NCBI GenBank assembly: GCA_027450065.1
Contig: DAIDKK010000001.1
Location: forward strand, 13,438 to 77,437
Source of the DNA: Candidatus Saccharimonadota bacterium
Lineage (GTDB): Bacteria; Patescibacteriota; Saccharimonadia; Saccharimonadales; UBA4665
DNA length: 64,000 bases
Direction of reading: 5' to 3'
The notes below the pieces were generated by a model that saw nothing but the letters and a program-made list of their open reading frames with translations, ran no database searches and was not told the DNA's origin. The position numbers and the translations under genes are program-made. Below, piece after piece: positions 39,419 to 54,030 of the stretch. How positions within the stretch are numbered: position 1 is the stretch's first letter; every line of letters starts with the position of its first letter.

Positions 39419-42019
39419 ATGGACGACCAGATTTTAGACAACACTACTTCCGACGCCGATGAAGAAGAACGGCTTATGCGCCGACAAAATGCCGTCGAGA
39501 TCATAGAGGGAACTCACCATTCACGGCTCGTTGAACGACGCACTGTTGAGAATGTCATGGAAGATGGCTACTTGCGCTATTCCATGAGCGTCATCATTGA
39601 TCGAGCACTCCCAGACGTTCGTGACGGTATGAAGCCTGTACATCGCCGCATTATGTATAGCATGAGTGAAGAGGGGTTACGCAGTAGTGCGCGTCACCGC
39701 AAGAGCGCCAACGTGGTTGGTGCTGTCATGGGTAAGTATCACCCTCACGGTGACTCATCTATCTACGACGCAATGGTTCGTCTCGCGCAACCATGGGCGA
39801 CGCGCTATCCACTCGTGAATGGGCAGGGAAACTTTGGCTCGATGGATGGAGATCCGCCAGCTGCTATGCGGTATACCGAGGCTAAAATGCATCGTGTTGC
39901 TGATGAGCTGCTTGCAGATATAGATAAAGACACTGTTGATTTTAGGGATAACTATGACGGTACGACACAGGAGCCTACGGTCCTCCCCGCTAAGCTGCCA
40001 AACCTACTTCTCAATGGTCAGGTTGGTATTGCTGTTGGTATGGCTACGAATATTCCACCACATAACTTAAGCGAAGTCGTTGACGCTACGGTATACAAAA
40101 TCGATCATCCTGATGCGTCGCTTGATGATTTGCTGCAATTTATTACTGGCCCAGATTTCCCGACTGGCGGTATTGTGTACGGTGCTGGTTCAATTAGACA
40201 GGCATACGCCACGGGTCGTGGAGGAGTAGTCGTACGTGGTGTGGCTGAAATTGTTGAAGGTGCGAAGGGCCGTCATCAAATTATTATCACTGAAATACCA
40301 TATGCCCTGAATAAAGAGAGTCTGGTTATCAAGATAGCTGATCTTGTAAAGGAAAAGCGCATCGTCGGCGTGAGTGACCTGCGAGATGAAAGTGCACGAG
40401 GGAATGTGCGTATTGTTATTGACCTTAAGAAAGATGCGTATCCCAAGAAACTCCTCAACCAGCTTTACAAGCTGACCCCGCTACAGACAAGCTTCCACTA
40501 CAACGTCATGGCACTTATAGATGGTATTCAGCCACGCGTTCTTGGCCTGCAGGATATTCTGAGTGAATACATAAAGCACCGTCAGCATGTCGTTCGTCGT
40601 CGAACGGAGTTCGAGCTCCGTAAGGCTAAAGATCGAGCGCACGTGCTGGAGGGTCTTAAAATTGCACTTGATCACATCGATGAGGTCATTGCGACAATTC
40701 GGGCGAGCCAAACGACAGAAGTAGCCCAAGCAAACCTTATTACACGATTCAAGCTTAGTGAGATTCAGGCGAAAGCAATCCTCGCCATGCAGCTGCGTAC
40801 GCTCGCAGGGCTGGAACGTCAAAAAATCGAAGATGAACTTGCTGAACTCATGAAGTTAATTGGTGAACTCGAAGCAATCCTAGCGGATGAAGCCAAAATT
40901 CTAGGCATCATTAAAACTGAGATTCTCGAACTCAAAGAGAAATACGGTGATGAACGACGAACTAAAGTCATCTCACAGGAGCTTAACCGGCTGAGTGATG
41001 AAGACCTCGTGCCTGATGAGCAGGTTGTTGTAACTCTTACATCAGCAAACTACATTAAGCGAAGTACCCTGATGGAGTATAAGCGTCAAGGCAGGGGCGG
41101 TAAGGGACGCCGCGGTATGGCTACTCGAGAAGAAGACGTTATTGAGCATGTCGTGAACGCATCGACACACGACTTTTTGCTCTTCTTTACAAATAGAGGA
41201 CGTGTATTCCGTCTGAAGACATATGAAGTTCCTGCTACGGGCCTGAACGCAAAAGGTGTCGCGATTGTGAACCTGTTGCAGCTACAGCCTGAAGAGACGG
41301 TCAGCGCAGTTATAAACATTTCTAAATCTGAGGCAGCAGCGAACTTGCTCATGTGTACTGTACGTGGTGTCGTGAAGAAGACACCATTTGAGCAGTATCA
41401 AAATGTTCGTACGACAGGTCTTATTGCTATTAACCTTGATGATGGCGATGAGTTGAAGTGGATACGTACCACCAACGGTGATAATGAGGTTATTATTTCC
41501 ACGAGCCAAGGACAGGCAATTCGCTTCCACGAGCGCGATGCGAGGCCAATGGGTCGCGTCAGTCGTGGTGTACGTGGTATCCGTCTGCGAGCAGATGACC
41601 ATGTTATCGGTATGGACGTCGTTGATGAGCATTCGAGCGTGTTCGTTATCAGTAAGTATGGCTACGGCAAGCGGACGAAGGTGTCTCAATTTACTCCTCA
41701 TGCACGTGGCGGCGTTGGCATCCGCTCTGCAGTCGTGAATAGTAAGACGGGTGAGCTTATAGGGGTGAATACGCTGAGCGACAGCGATGACCAGGAGGTG
41801 ATTATTATCTCGCAGAATGGTCAAACCATTCGTCTTGGTCTTAAAGACATCCCAGCACTTGGCAGAGCTACCCAGGGCGTACGTATCATGCGCATGAATG
41901 ATGGTGACCAAGTTGTGTCACTGGCGCTTGTTGAGAAATCTGATCAGAATGAAGAAGACGACGAAGAAGTTAGGGATGGTGCCGAGCTCGACCAAACGAG
42001 CGATGAGTCTCAAGAGTAG
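39419..42019 (+). CDS. gyrA: DNA gyrase subunit A
   Basis: [28 protein letters not shown]; GyrA box QGRGGKG. Confidence 0.98.
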   Translation: MDDQILDNTTSDADEEERLMRRQNAVEIIEGTHHSRLVERRTVENVMEDGYLRYSMSVIIDRALPDVRDGMKPVHRRIMYSMSEEGLRSSARHRKSANVVGAVMGKYHPHGDSSIYDAMVRLAQPWATRYPLVNGQGNFGSMDGDPPAAMRYTEAKMHRVADELLADIDKDTVDFRDNYDGTTQEPTVLPAKLPNLLLNGQVGIAVGMATNIPPHNLSEVVDATVYKIDHPDASLDDLLQFITGPDFPTGGIVYGAGSIRQAYATGRGGVVVRGVAEIVEGAKGRHQIIITEIPYALNKESLVIKIADLVKEKRIVGVSDLRDESARGNVRIVIDLKKDAYPKKLLNQLYKLTPLQTSFHYNVMALIDGIQPRVLGLQDILSEYIKHRQHVVRRRTEFELRKAKDRAHVLEGLKIALDHIDEVIATIRASQTTEVAQANLITRFKLSEIQAKAILAMQLRTLAGLERQKIEDELAELMKLIGELEAILADEAKILGIIKTEILELKEKYGDERRTKVISQELNRLSDEDLVPDEQVVVTLTSANYIKRSTLMEYKRQGRGGKGRRGMATREEDVIEHVVNASTHDFLLFFTNRGRVFRLKTYEVPATGLNAKGVAIVNLLQLQPEETVSAVINISKSEAAANLLMCTVRGVVKKTPFEQYQNVRTTGLIAINLDDGDELKWIRTTNGDNEVIISTSQGQAIRFHERDARPMGRVSRGVRGIRLRADDHVIGMDVVDEHSSVFVISKYGYGKRTKVSQFTPHARGGVGIRSAVVNSKTGELIGVNTLSDSDDQEVIIISQNGQTIRLGLKDIPALGRATQGVRIMRMNDGDQVVSLALVEKSDQNEEDDEEVRDGAELDQTSDESQE

Positions 42020-42128
42020 TATCGAGAGTAGCCTACTTGCCAGGCGCGTAGTTACGGCAAAGTAGGTGCCCAAGCGCGGCCACGCATAGCCGATGTGCGA
42101 AATACTACAATATAGGGCAATTATATCC

Positions 42129-42157
42129 TTGACTTGAAGCATGTTGACCGCTACAAT
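42129..42157 (+). promoter_or_regulatory. 16S rRNA promoter
   Basis: TTGACT-17 nt-TACAAT. Confidence 0.75.
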
Positions 42158-42339
42158 AGGTCGCTAGTGCTTCCTGAGGCCTATTTTGGTGTCTGTAGAA
42201 GTGAACGTTAAAAATTGAATAGTGCAAATCAACGTCAATTCACTTGCTAGATAAGTTATCTAGCGTGAATTGTTTTAGAAATTTCGAATCATAGATTCAA
42301 AAAGTAAGTCAGTTTTATACTGGCGCTAAGACAAATTCT

Positions 42340-43930
<1,591 letters not shown>

Positions 43931-44107
43931 TAGGGAGAAACTAGCATCAGAGCGGAGCAATCCTTCTGAGAGCTAGGTCGATTTCGATAAGTTGTAAATC
44001 AGTACTGACAACTTATGTATCCATCTTCGGATGGACGAGACATTCAGTTTCTGAACCTTTGTGAACTTGACGTTGATTGCACTATTCAGTTTTTAAGACA
44101 GAACGAT

Positions 44108-44146
44108 AAAAAAGGAGCCCAATTTTGCGAGAGGGCTTCTTTTTTT
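44108..44146 (+). terminator. Terminator after 16S
   Basis: aaaaaaggagccc...gggcttctttttt. Confidence 0.75.
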
Positions 44147-44253
44147 ATGCAAAAAATTAGCGCCTTCAACTCCGTTGGTGTACTGTTGAAAACAGTTGAA
44201 AAGTAGTATACTTAACTTGTCTTTTTAAACAATAAAAAATATCAAATCAAAAA

Positions 44254-46023
44254 ATGGCTATACCAAAATGGCAGCAAAACGTGCCAAGTAATCGCGTAAT
44301 ATTTCCGATGCGTTATTCAGTATTGCGCCGAGCTGGCGCGGTTATATTTGTGGTGGCATGCATCCTCGGTAATAGCGTGAATATATCTGGAGTGGTTGCG
44401 AGTGGTATCCAGCCGGAACCAATTACCCAGCATGCTTCACGCAATGCGTGTGGGCAGGTTTCGTCGAATCGGGCTCGCTGTCTCTCGACTATTTCAACGG
44501 AGCGAGTGGCGGATCCTATCACGGCCAGTCCGAACACGAGTGGGTTCTATGGTCCAACCGAATTTCATACTGCCTACCAGCTTCCTTGTACTCCTGGGGG
44601 TGTGGTGCAGGCGGTCTGTGCGACGCCGTCAACCTATGGCCCAGAGACAATTGCCATCGTGGATGCGGGTGGCTATGCGAGTACGAGTGGGACACTAGAG
44701 GCAGATCTACAGACGTATACGACTCATTATGGTCTGCCAGCGTGTACGGCAGCAAATGGTTGCCTGACAATTGTCAATCAAACTGGCGCCCCATCACCAT
44801 TGCCCGCAAATGTGAGCAGTGGTTGGAGCAATGAAATTGCCCTTGACGTTCAAGTTGCTCACACCATATGCCAGACCTGTAAGATAGTATTAGTTGAAGC
44901 AAATGATGACACGCTGACAAATCTAGTAGCAGCAGAAGACGCGGCGGCAACTTTTGCTCCCGTGGCAATATCAAACAGCTGGGGGGCAACAACCGATGTC
45001 AGTGCTTACGACAGCCACTTTACGCGTACTGGTGTGGCTGTGGTGGCTGCGACTGGTGATAACGGCACGAATAACAATGGCCAAAGTTGGCCGGCAGATA
45101 TACCGGCAGTTATTGCTGTGTCAGGTAGCACATTACGGCTGAACACGAACAATACTTGGGCAAGTGAAACATTGTGGTCTGGTTCGGGCGGTGGCTGCAG
45201 TACTTCGTACACTGCTCCAGCATGGCAGACATCGAGATCAGACTGGGTCACAAATGGCTGCAGTAATGGTGGCCGGGCTTTTGGAGACGTGGCGGCTGAC
45301 GGTGACCCGAATACCGGTGCAGCCGTATATGTTGATTCTGGATGGTATATGGTGGGAGGAACTTCGCTGGCCTCACCACTCATAGCGGCGATGTATGCGC
45401 TTCAGGGTGCTATGCCAGCCGGAACAAGCGCGGTAAAGACCTTGTACCAAAATAGCTCACAAACAGCCTTTCACGACATCACATCTGGTAGTGATTGCGT
45501 AACGAGTGGCCAGTTGGATTGTACAGCCAGTGCGGGGTTTGATGTCCCCACTGGGCTGGGGGCTCCTACTGGACTAAGCGCGTTTGTGGCTGATCCTACG
45601 CCGCCGTATAACCTTATGGCCAGCCACATAAACCAAACGCAACTTAATATCTCTTGGGCCACTGCGTCTGCCCTCAACGGTATATCGAATTACCAGATAT
45701 ATCGTGATGGTTCACTAACCAGCACAAGTACAGCGAATGGCTTTAGTGACACGGGCCTCACCCCCAATAGCTATTATACGTACTACCTTAAGACGGTTGA
45801 TAATAAGGGGGGTGTCTCGTCGCCATCAGAGACGCTTGCGGCCGATACGTTCTTGCTGCCTGATATCAATCGTGATGGGCACATCAATCTACTGGATTTC
45901 AGCTTGCTCGCAAGCAAATACGGCCAAACAGGAGGTTCGCTAGGACGAAGTGACATTAACGGTGATGGGGTAGTCAATCTACTGGATTTCAGCTTGCTCG
46001 CAAGCAAGTACGGCACAGAGTAG
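44254..46023 (+). CDS. Secreted S53 (sedolisin-like) serine peptidase with FN3 and C-terminal dockerin
   Basis: Signal peptide (alternative start 44308); EIALD, SNSWG, ATGDNG, GGTSLASP; FN3 (YQIYRDG, FSDTGLTP..YY.Y); duplicated DIN.DG..NLLDFSLLASKYG. Confidence 0.88.
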   Translation: MAIPKWQQNVPSNRVIFPMRYSVLRRAGAVIFVVACILGNSVNISGVVASGIQPEPITQHASRNACGQVSSNRARCLSTISTERVADPITASPNTSGFYGPTEFHTAYQLPCTPGGVVQAVCATPSTYGPETIAIVDAGGYASTSGTLEADLQTYTTHYGLPACTAANGCLTIVNQTGAPSPLPANVSSGWSNEIALDVQVAHTICQTCKIVLVEANDDTLTNLVAAEDAAATFAPVAISNSWGATTDVSAYDSHFTRTGVAVVAATGDNGTNNNGQSWPADIPAVIAVSGSTLRLNTNNTWASETLWSGSGGGCSTSYTAPAWQTSRSDWVTNGCSNGGRAFGDVAADGDPNTGAAVYVDSGWYMVGGTSLASPLIAAMYALQGAMPAGTSAVKTLYQNSSQTAFHDITSGSDCVTSGQLDCTASAGFDVPTGLGAPTGLSAFVADPTPPYNLMASHINQTQLNISWATASALNGISNYQIYRDGSLTSTSTANGFSDTGLTPNSYYTYYLKTVDNKGGVSSPSETLAADTFLLPDINRDGHINLLDFSLLASKYGQTGGSLGRSDINGDGVVNLLDFSLLASKYGTE

Positions 46024-46038
46024 AAAGGGTGACACAGG

Positions 46039-47337
46039 TTAACTGCTGGAGGGTACCTGCTTACGTGGTGCCAGGAGATGACGAACCTTTGTAGCGTAGC
46101 TAGGGTTGAGGAAGTATAGAGCTGCGAAACCAATCACTAACACTGCAGCAGTACTCATGAATATCGTAGTACTGTGCTTTGCGGAAACGGCAACAGGAAA
46201 TATGACTGCGATGTTCTGCGTGGCCGGTATTACGCTACCCGCAACAGGAGTACTGTCGACGTACGCAACGGCGCTGTACGTCTGATTACCATCGGTGTAG
46301 GTCAGGTGATGTTCACCTGGTGTAACGTTTGTAAAGGTGGCAACACCATTTCCATCTGTCTTCACTGTCTGCACCACTGAATGTAACGAGACTTTCTGAT
46401 GGATGAGCGGCTGATTATTTTTGCCGAGTACAGTTACGCTGACAGTGTAGCCATTCGTCATAAAGTGCTGAACGCTCATTTTAGTCTGCGTTCCATCAGT
46501 AGCTTCGGCAACCACTTGATAATAATACGTCGTTCCTGGCGTGAGAGGTGTCTGGTTGCCGAGCTTAAGACTGGCGGTCATGGTTTGGCTCGCTACGTTC
46601 GTACGGACAGTAAGACTATCTGGGGCGGTACCATACAGGGCGTATATATTGAGGTTTTGATCACTCCTAACGCTAAGTGTGGCAAAGCTATACTCTGGAC
46701 TAATTTTTGTCATGAGGTGAGGAGCCACTAGGGGAGATATAGGTACAGCTGGCGTAGTCGGGGGGGTAGGAGTAGCTATGGCGGCAGTAGATTTTATCGA
46801 AGTGCCACTTGTAGGAGATTTAGCACTTATGACTGGCGTTGGTGTAGGCGCAGGAGCCGGTGGGCTTGTGAAGCCGATTGAGGCATTTGAAATTGAGGGG
46901 TTTGTATAGCTACCACTACTGGTTGCGTTAGCATTACTTATAGCTAGCGTTGCTGTTCCGCTTGGCACAAGCGCCGTTACACTGAAGGTTGCAATCAATG
47001 AATCAGAGCTGACGCCTCCCGAAAGATTCCCGAGTGCAACGGTGAAGCCGCTTCCGGAGACCGTTTTTTGAAGCTGGGCGGAAAAAGGTGATGCCGACGT
47101 GTCCACGCTGTTTAGCCTGAGTAGCGACGAGTCAAGGCTTACAGTTGCTTGTACACCATCAACGGTTGCACCAGGATTAATGCGCAGAGAAAGAGTCTCA
47201 GAATTACCATCTTGCAGGCTACTTGCGCCAGGCGAGATATAAATAACCCCACTTCCCGCGAAGGCAAGCTGAGTAGTAAGGGGCGTCAGGAGAGTGCCTA
47301 CGAGGAGAGCACTAAGAAGCTTTTGTTTAATATTCAT
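46039..47337 (-). CDS. Surface protein: cohesin-like domain, PT linker, FN3-like and Ig-like domains, C-terminal TM anchor
   Basis: Signal peptide; IYISP....L..G....L.LRIN..A.VDGVQA.V..D...L....VD...S.F cohesin-type pattern; PAPAPTPTP; LTPGTTYYYQV; KTDGNGVATF.NV.PG.H; TM plus basic tail. Confidence 0.75.
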   Translation of the reverse strand: MNIKQKLLSALLVGTLLTPLTTQLAFAGSGVIYISPGASSLQDGNSETLSLRINPGATVDGVQATVSLDSSLLRLNSVDTSASPFSAQLQKTVSGSGFTVALGNLSGGVSSDSLIATFSVTALVPSGTATLAISNANATSSGSYTNPSISNASIGFTSPPAPAPTPTPVISAKSPTSGTSIKSTAAIATPTPPTTPAVPISPLVAPHLMTKISPEYSFATLSVRSDQNLNIYALYGTAPDSLTVRTNVASQTMTASLKLGNQTPLTPGTTYYYQVVAEATDGTQTKMSVQHFMTNGYTVSVTVLGKNNQPLIHQKVSLHSVVQTVKTDGNGVATFTNVTPGEHHLTYTDGNQTYSAVAYVDSTPVAGSVIPATQNIAVIFPVAVSAKHSTTIFMSTAAVLVIGFAALYFLNPSYATKVRHLLAPRKQVPSSS

Positions 47338-47485
47338 TATTTATTTTTTACCTACTACTAGAGTATAAACACAAGGCATTCTCTTTGCAACGAGGTGCAA
47401 TTAATCTGTCAGTTACGGACGTCTGTCTATTAACTGTTGAGTTTTATATGTTTTTTCGCTAGAATACACCGGTAGTTCACAGCAA

Positions 47486-47562
47486 GGGGACATAGCTCAG
47501 TTGGCTAGAGCACCTGCTTTGCAAGCAGGGGGTCCGGGGTTCGAGTCCCCGTGTCTCCACCA
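47486..47562 (+). tRNA. tRNA-Ala(TGC)
   Basis: GGGGACA...TGTCTCC-ACCA; anticodon TT-TGC-AA. Confidence 0.95.
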
Positions 47563-47612
47563 TATGGGGGCGCAGTGCCTAAAGCGCAGCGTCTCCACCA
47601 TTTACAATTTAG

Positions 47613-47739
47613 GGGCGATTAGCTCAGCTGGCGCGGTTTACCGCAAAGATATGTAAGAGCGCACAGCGCTTTAATCAGCTGAACGTCACTAAACCGAGAA
47701 CTGCGGTATCAGACTGCGGTTCAAAACCACATACGTTGT
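47613..47739 (+). repeat. Duplicated tRNA-Ile 5' end with 127-nt unit
   Basis: gggcgattagctcagctgg is identical at 47613-47631 and 47740-47758. Confidence 0.85.
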
Positions 47740-47816
47740 GGGCGATTAGCTCAGCTGGTTAGAGCGCGTCACTGATAATGACGAGGTCGGAGGTTCGAGT
47801 CCCTCATCGCCCACCA
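47740..47816 (+). tRNA. tRNA-Ile(GAT)
   Basis: GGGCGAT...ATCGCCC-ACCA; anticodon CT-GAT-AA. Confidence 0.95.
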
Positions 47817-47908
47817 AATATGAATAGTCCGCCTTGTGGCGGATTCTTTATAAAAGTACTAAATTTCTTCAGGGGAAAACCTGTTGCAAATATGACTACG
47901 GAGTAGTC

Positions 47909-47937
47909 TTGACCGCCCCTGTTTAAAGTAGTACAAT
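47909..47937 (+). promoter_or_regulatory. 23S-5S promoter
   Basis: TTGACC-17 nt-TACAAT. Confidence 0.7.
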
Positions 47938-48270
47938 CTTACGGTTGCTTGAGTTTAGACATTGAGGCGTTGGTTATCCATCACTCATGGCTAAACCGCC
48001 AAGCTTTAAGCTTAAACTCAAGCGAAAAACTCTTAATCAAAAGTCTTAATTTATGGGGCTGAGGTAGAGTGTCTTGAGTCGTAATTTAACAACTAGATCA
48101 AGTTAGAGAAGAGATAAAGTAAAAGACAAACGGCTATTGGAATTACTGCCGCGATTTTATGCGCGGAGTAGTACATACCAATAACTAGTCAATTGCACTT
48201 AAGACAGTATTGAGGTTTACGATGTTTACATCGTAGTGAAAAACCCTTCGGGGTGTCTTGTACTGAATTT

Positions 48271-51616
<3,346 letters not shown>

Positions 51617-51771
51617 ACCTATGAGACAAGCCCATTTGCTTGGGTCTGGCTCATAGGTAAAAAGAGTGCATATTGACTAGTTATTGGTGTGGTAACACAC
51701 TAGTTTGTTTAAAACTTTATCGTCTAACTTGTAGGACATCGAGTATCGCAGCACTTTCTTTCCTGAGTGAG

Positions 51772-51857
51772 GGAAAAGCGCAGCCGGAGTCGGCGAATTT
51801 ATTTCGCGACACCGCGCGATGGGAAAAACCGTAGGGTTTGTCCCATTAAGCGAAGCG
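51772..51857 (+). repeat. Dispersed repeat family A, copy 2 (just upstream of 5S)
   Basis: Alignable with 16746-16825. Confidence 0.8.
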
Positions 51858-51860
51858 TTC

Positions 51861-51974
51861 TCGGTGCCCATAGCGAGAGGGAAACACCTGTTCCCATACC
51901 GAACACAGCAGTTAAGCCTCTCAGCGGTTACAATACTTGGGTCTTCTAGCCCTGGGAAAATAGCACGGTGCCGT
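51861..51974 (+). rRNA. rrf: 5S rRNA
   Basis: cggtgcccatagc..GAAACACCTGTTCCCATACCGAACACAGCAGTTAAGC...GGGAAAATAG..ggtgccg. Confidence 0.93.
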
Positions 51975-52273
51975 TTTATAAAAAAGACTTCCGAAAGGGA
52001 GTCTTTTTTAGTGCACCGTGCTATTTTCCCAGGAAAATGATTGATTAAAATAGCACACGCCTCTTTTCCGTTGAACAAAAGGGCCCTGGTGCCGTCATAT
52101 GATAAAACGATGTAGATACAATAAAATTAAAAAACTATAGTTGACATAAGCAAAAAGCTATGATACCATAAGCACAGTTCGAAAGGATAAGAGGGTTTAC
52201 GAGCCATAGTTTGGCATATCGTAGGCCTTTTTCTTTTGAAGCCCAATATTATTAAACACTGGGAGGTGTTAAA

Positions 52274-52477
52274 ATGGCAGGAACTAAAGCAGGTGGCATG
52301 GCCGCAGCAGCTACTAACAAGAAAAAGTATGGTAGTGATTTTTATGCAAAGATTGGCGCCAAGGGCGGCAAGCTCGGTAAAACTGGTGGCTTTGCAGCAG
52401 GTGATGAAGGACGCGAACGCGCACGCGTGTATGGCGCAATCGGTGGTCGTATTTCACGACGTACCAAAAAAGCCTAA
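52274..52477 (+). CDS. KGG-motif general stress-type small protein
   Basis: MAGTKAGG..AA.TNK.KYG.DFYAKIGAKGG; SD gggagg. Confidence 0.85.
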   Translation: MAGTKAGGMAAAATNKKKYGSDFYAKIGAKGGKLGKTGGFAAGDEGRERARVYGAIGGRISRRTKKA

Positions 52478-52490
52478 GCTATCGGCGTAT

Positions 52491-52523
52491 AAAAAAGAGC
52501 CTCTTCTTACAGGCTCTTTTTTT
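52491..52523. terminator. Bidirectional terminator
   Basis: aaaaaagagcct-cttcttac-aggctctttttt. Confidence 0.75.
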
Positions 52524-52998
52524 GTGTCTTTCGGTAAGGCCGGCATAAACGCGACTGCGTGACTTGCCAGCCCGTGCCACAGTTAGAGCATCTATAGGAG
52601 CTCCTAGTGGTCTGTAGGCAATGCTCGTGACAGGTTGGGCAAGTCGATCGTACATGCAACCAATCACGGTAACTATCGAGAGAATCTTGAATGTACTCTT
52701 CATTAATACGTAGTCGATAGTTATTCGAGAGCTCACGAGCCTTATCCCAGGCGGCAATCTCAATACGCAAAAGCTCCATGTCACTTGTGTAATCAGTGTG
52801 TCCCAATAATGCATGGCCGAGCTCGTGCAAGAGGGCCCACTCGCCACGAGTATTGTGGAGCGCTGTTTCTGAGTAGGAAATGAGTTGCTTGCCGGCATGC
52901 CAAGAGAACCGATTCGAGGCTACGAATCGTAGCCGGGGGTAGTCTTCCTCTAGTCGCCGAAGAAGTGTAGCGGCTTTATGTATAACGTTGTCTGGCAT
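52507..52998 (-). CDS. ImmA/IrrE-like HExxH metallopeptidase with C-terminal Zn-ribbon
   Basis: LLHELGHALLGH, E..AW, CPTC...CSNC; start codon uncertain. Confidence 0.78.
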   Translation of the reverse strand: MPDNVIHKAATLLRRLEEDYPRLRFVASNRFSWHAGKQLISYSETALHNTRGEWALLHELGHALLGHTDYTSDMELLRIEIAAWDKARELSNNYRLRINEEYIQDSLDSYRDWLHVRSTCPTCHEHCLQTTRSSYRCSNCGTGWQVTQSRLCRPYRKTQKKSL

Positions 52999-53788
52999 AA
53001 TCATAGCATCCATATATAACTGCTTCATCGGGGCGCATTGCGGGTAAGATTGGTGGAATCTGTAACATGGGAGTCTCGTACTGCTTCATATCCTTAAGCA
53101 GTAGGTCATGAAACCTATCGAGGTAATGTCCAGCACCGCCACCAATAACAATGGCTTCTGGTTCCAAAATAGCAATAAGCTCAATGAGACCGGGCGTAAA
53201 AGTTCGAACAATTTCCGCCCAGATGGCTTTATCTTCGATTTCTGAGGCCATTTTGCCATACTTCTTGACAATGGCACTGCCGGACCCGAACGTTTCCCAG
53301 GGTACTAGCTTGCCATGGTGTTCCAGTAGGATTGTTCTGCCACCACCATCGCCGATTGTTTCGTCAATCTTGCCATCGACCGTAAGGCCGATACCTATGC
53401 CGGTGCTGATGGTCACATAAAGAACTCTTTTATATTGTTTTTTTAATAACATGTATTCACTAAGGCCTGCAAGCTTTGCGTCGTTTTCTATGCGCATTGG
53501 GCACTGGGTAATGCGCTCGATATCCCTGAGAAGATGCAATTTTTTCCAGTTCGGACGGTTGCCTAATTGCTCAACGATGCCTTGCGTGCGGTCAATTGAG
53601 CCAGGTGCTCCAATGGCGCCCGCGCGAAAGTCATGTGTAGTAAATGAGTCTACGGCATGGGTAAGCTCTTCCAAGAAATCCTCGTATGTTTCTGGGGTTG
53701 GGAATTTAATGGACTCCTGAATAACCCCCTCGTCCGTCAACGTGGCAATCAGGGTTTTTGTTCCTCCAATGTCGATAGCTATGTACAT
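52976..53788 (-). CDS. ROK-family sugar kinase
   Basis: AIDIGGTK, IENDA.LAG, ISTGIG.G, IVIGGG. Confidence 0.92.
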   Translation of the reverse strand: MYIAIDIGGTKTLIATLTDEGVIQESIKFPTPETYEDFLEELTHAVDSFTTHDFRAGAIGAPGSIDRTQGIVEQLGNRPNWKKLHLLRDIERITQCPMRIENDAKLAGLSEYMLLKKQYKRVLYVTISTGIGIGLTVDGKIDETIGDGGGRTILLEHHGKLVPWETFGSGSAIVKKYGKMASEIEDKAIWAEIVRTFTPGLIELIAILEPEAIVIGGGAGHYLDRFHDLLLKDMKQYETPMLQIPPILPAMRPDEAVIYGCYDYARQRYT

Positions 53789-54030
53789 ACTACGGCTCTT
53801 ACTGTGCTTCCTTTATGCATGTAGTGTACCACCTAGGTTTGATGAATGAAAAGGACGGCAGAACAAAGCAGTTGAACACAAAAGTTATAAAAATACCCAT
53901 GGGTTGCCCATAAGATGTAAAACAGGTATAATACATACTAATCTTTTGGATGAGCCAACTGGATCAAGCGCATCGCTGATTTTGATGGTTTGCCCGCGAG
54001 AAATACACTATACAAGGAGGCACGTAAGAA

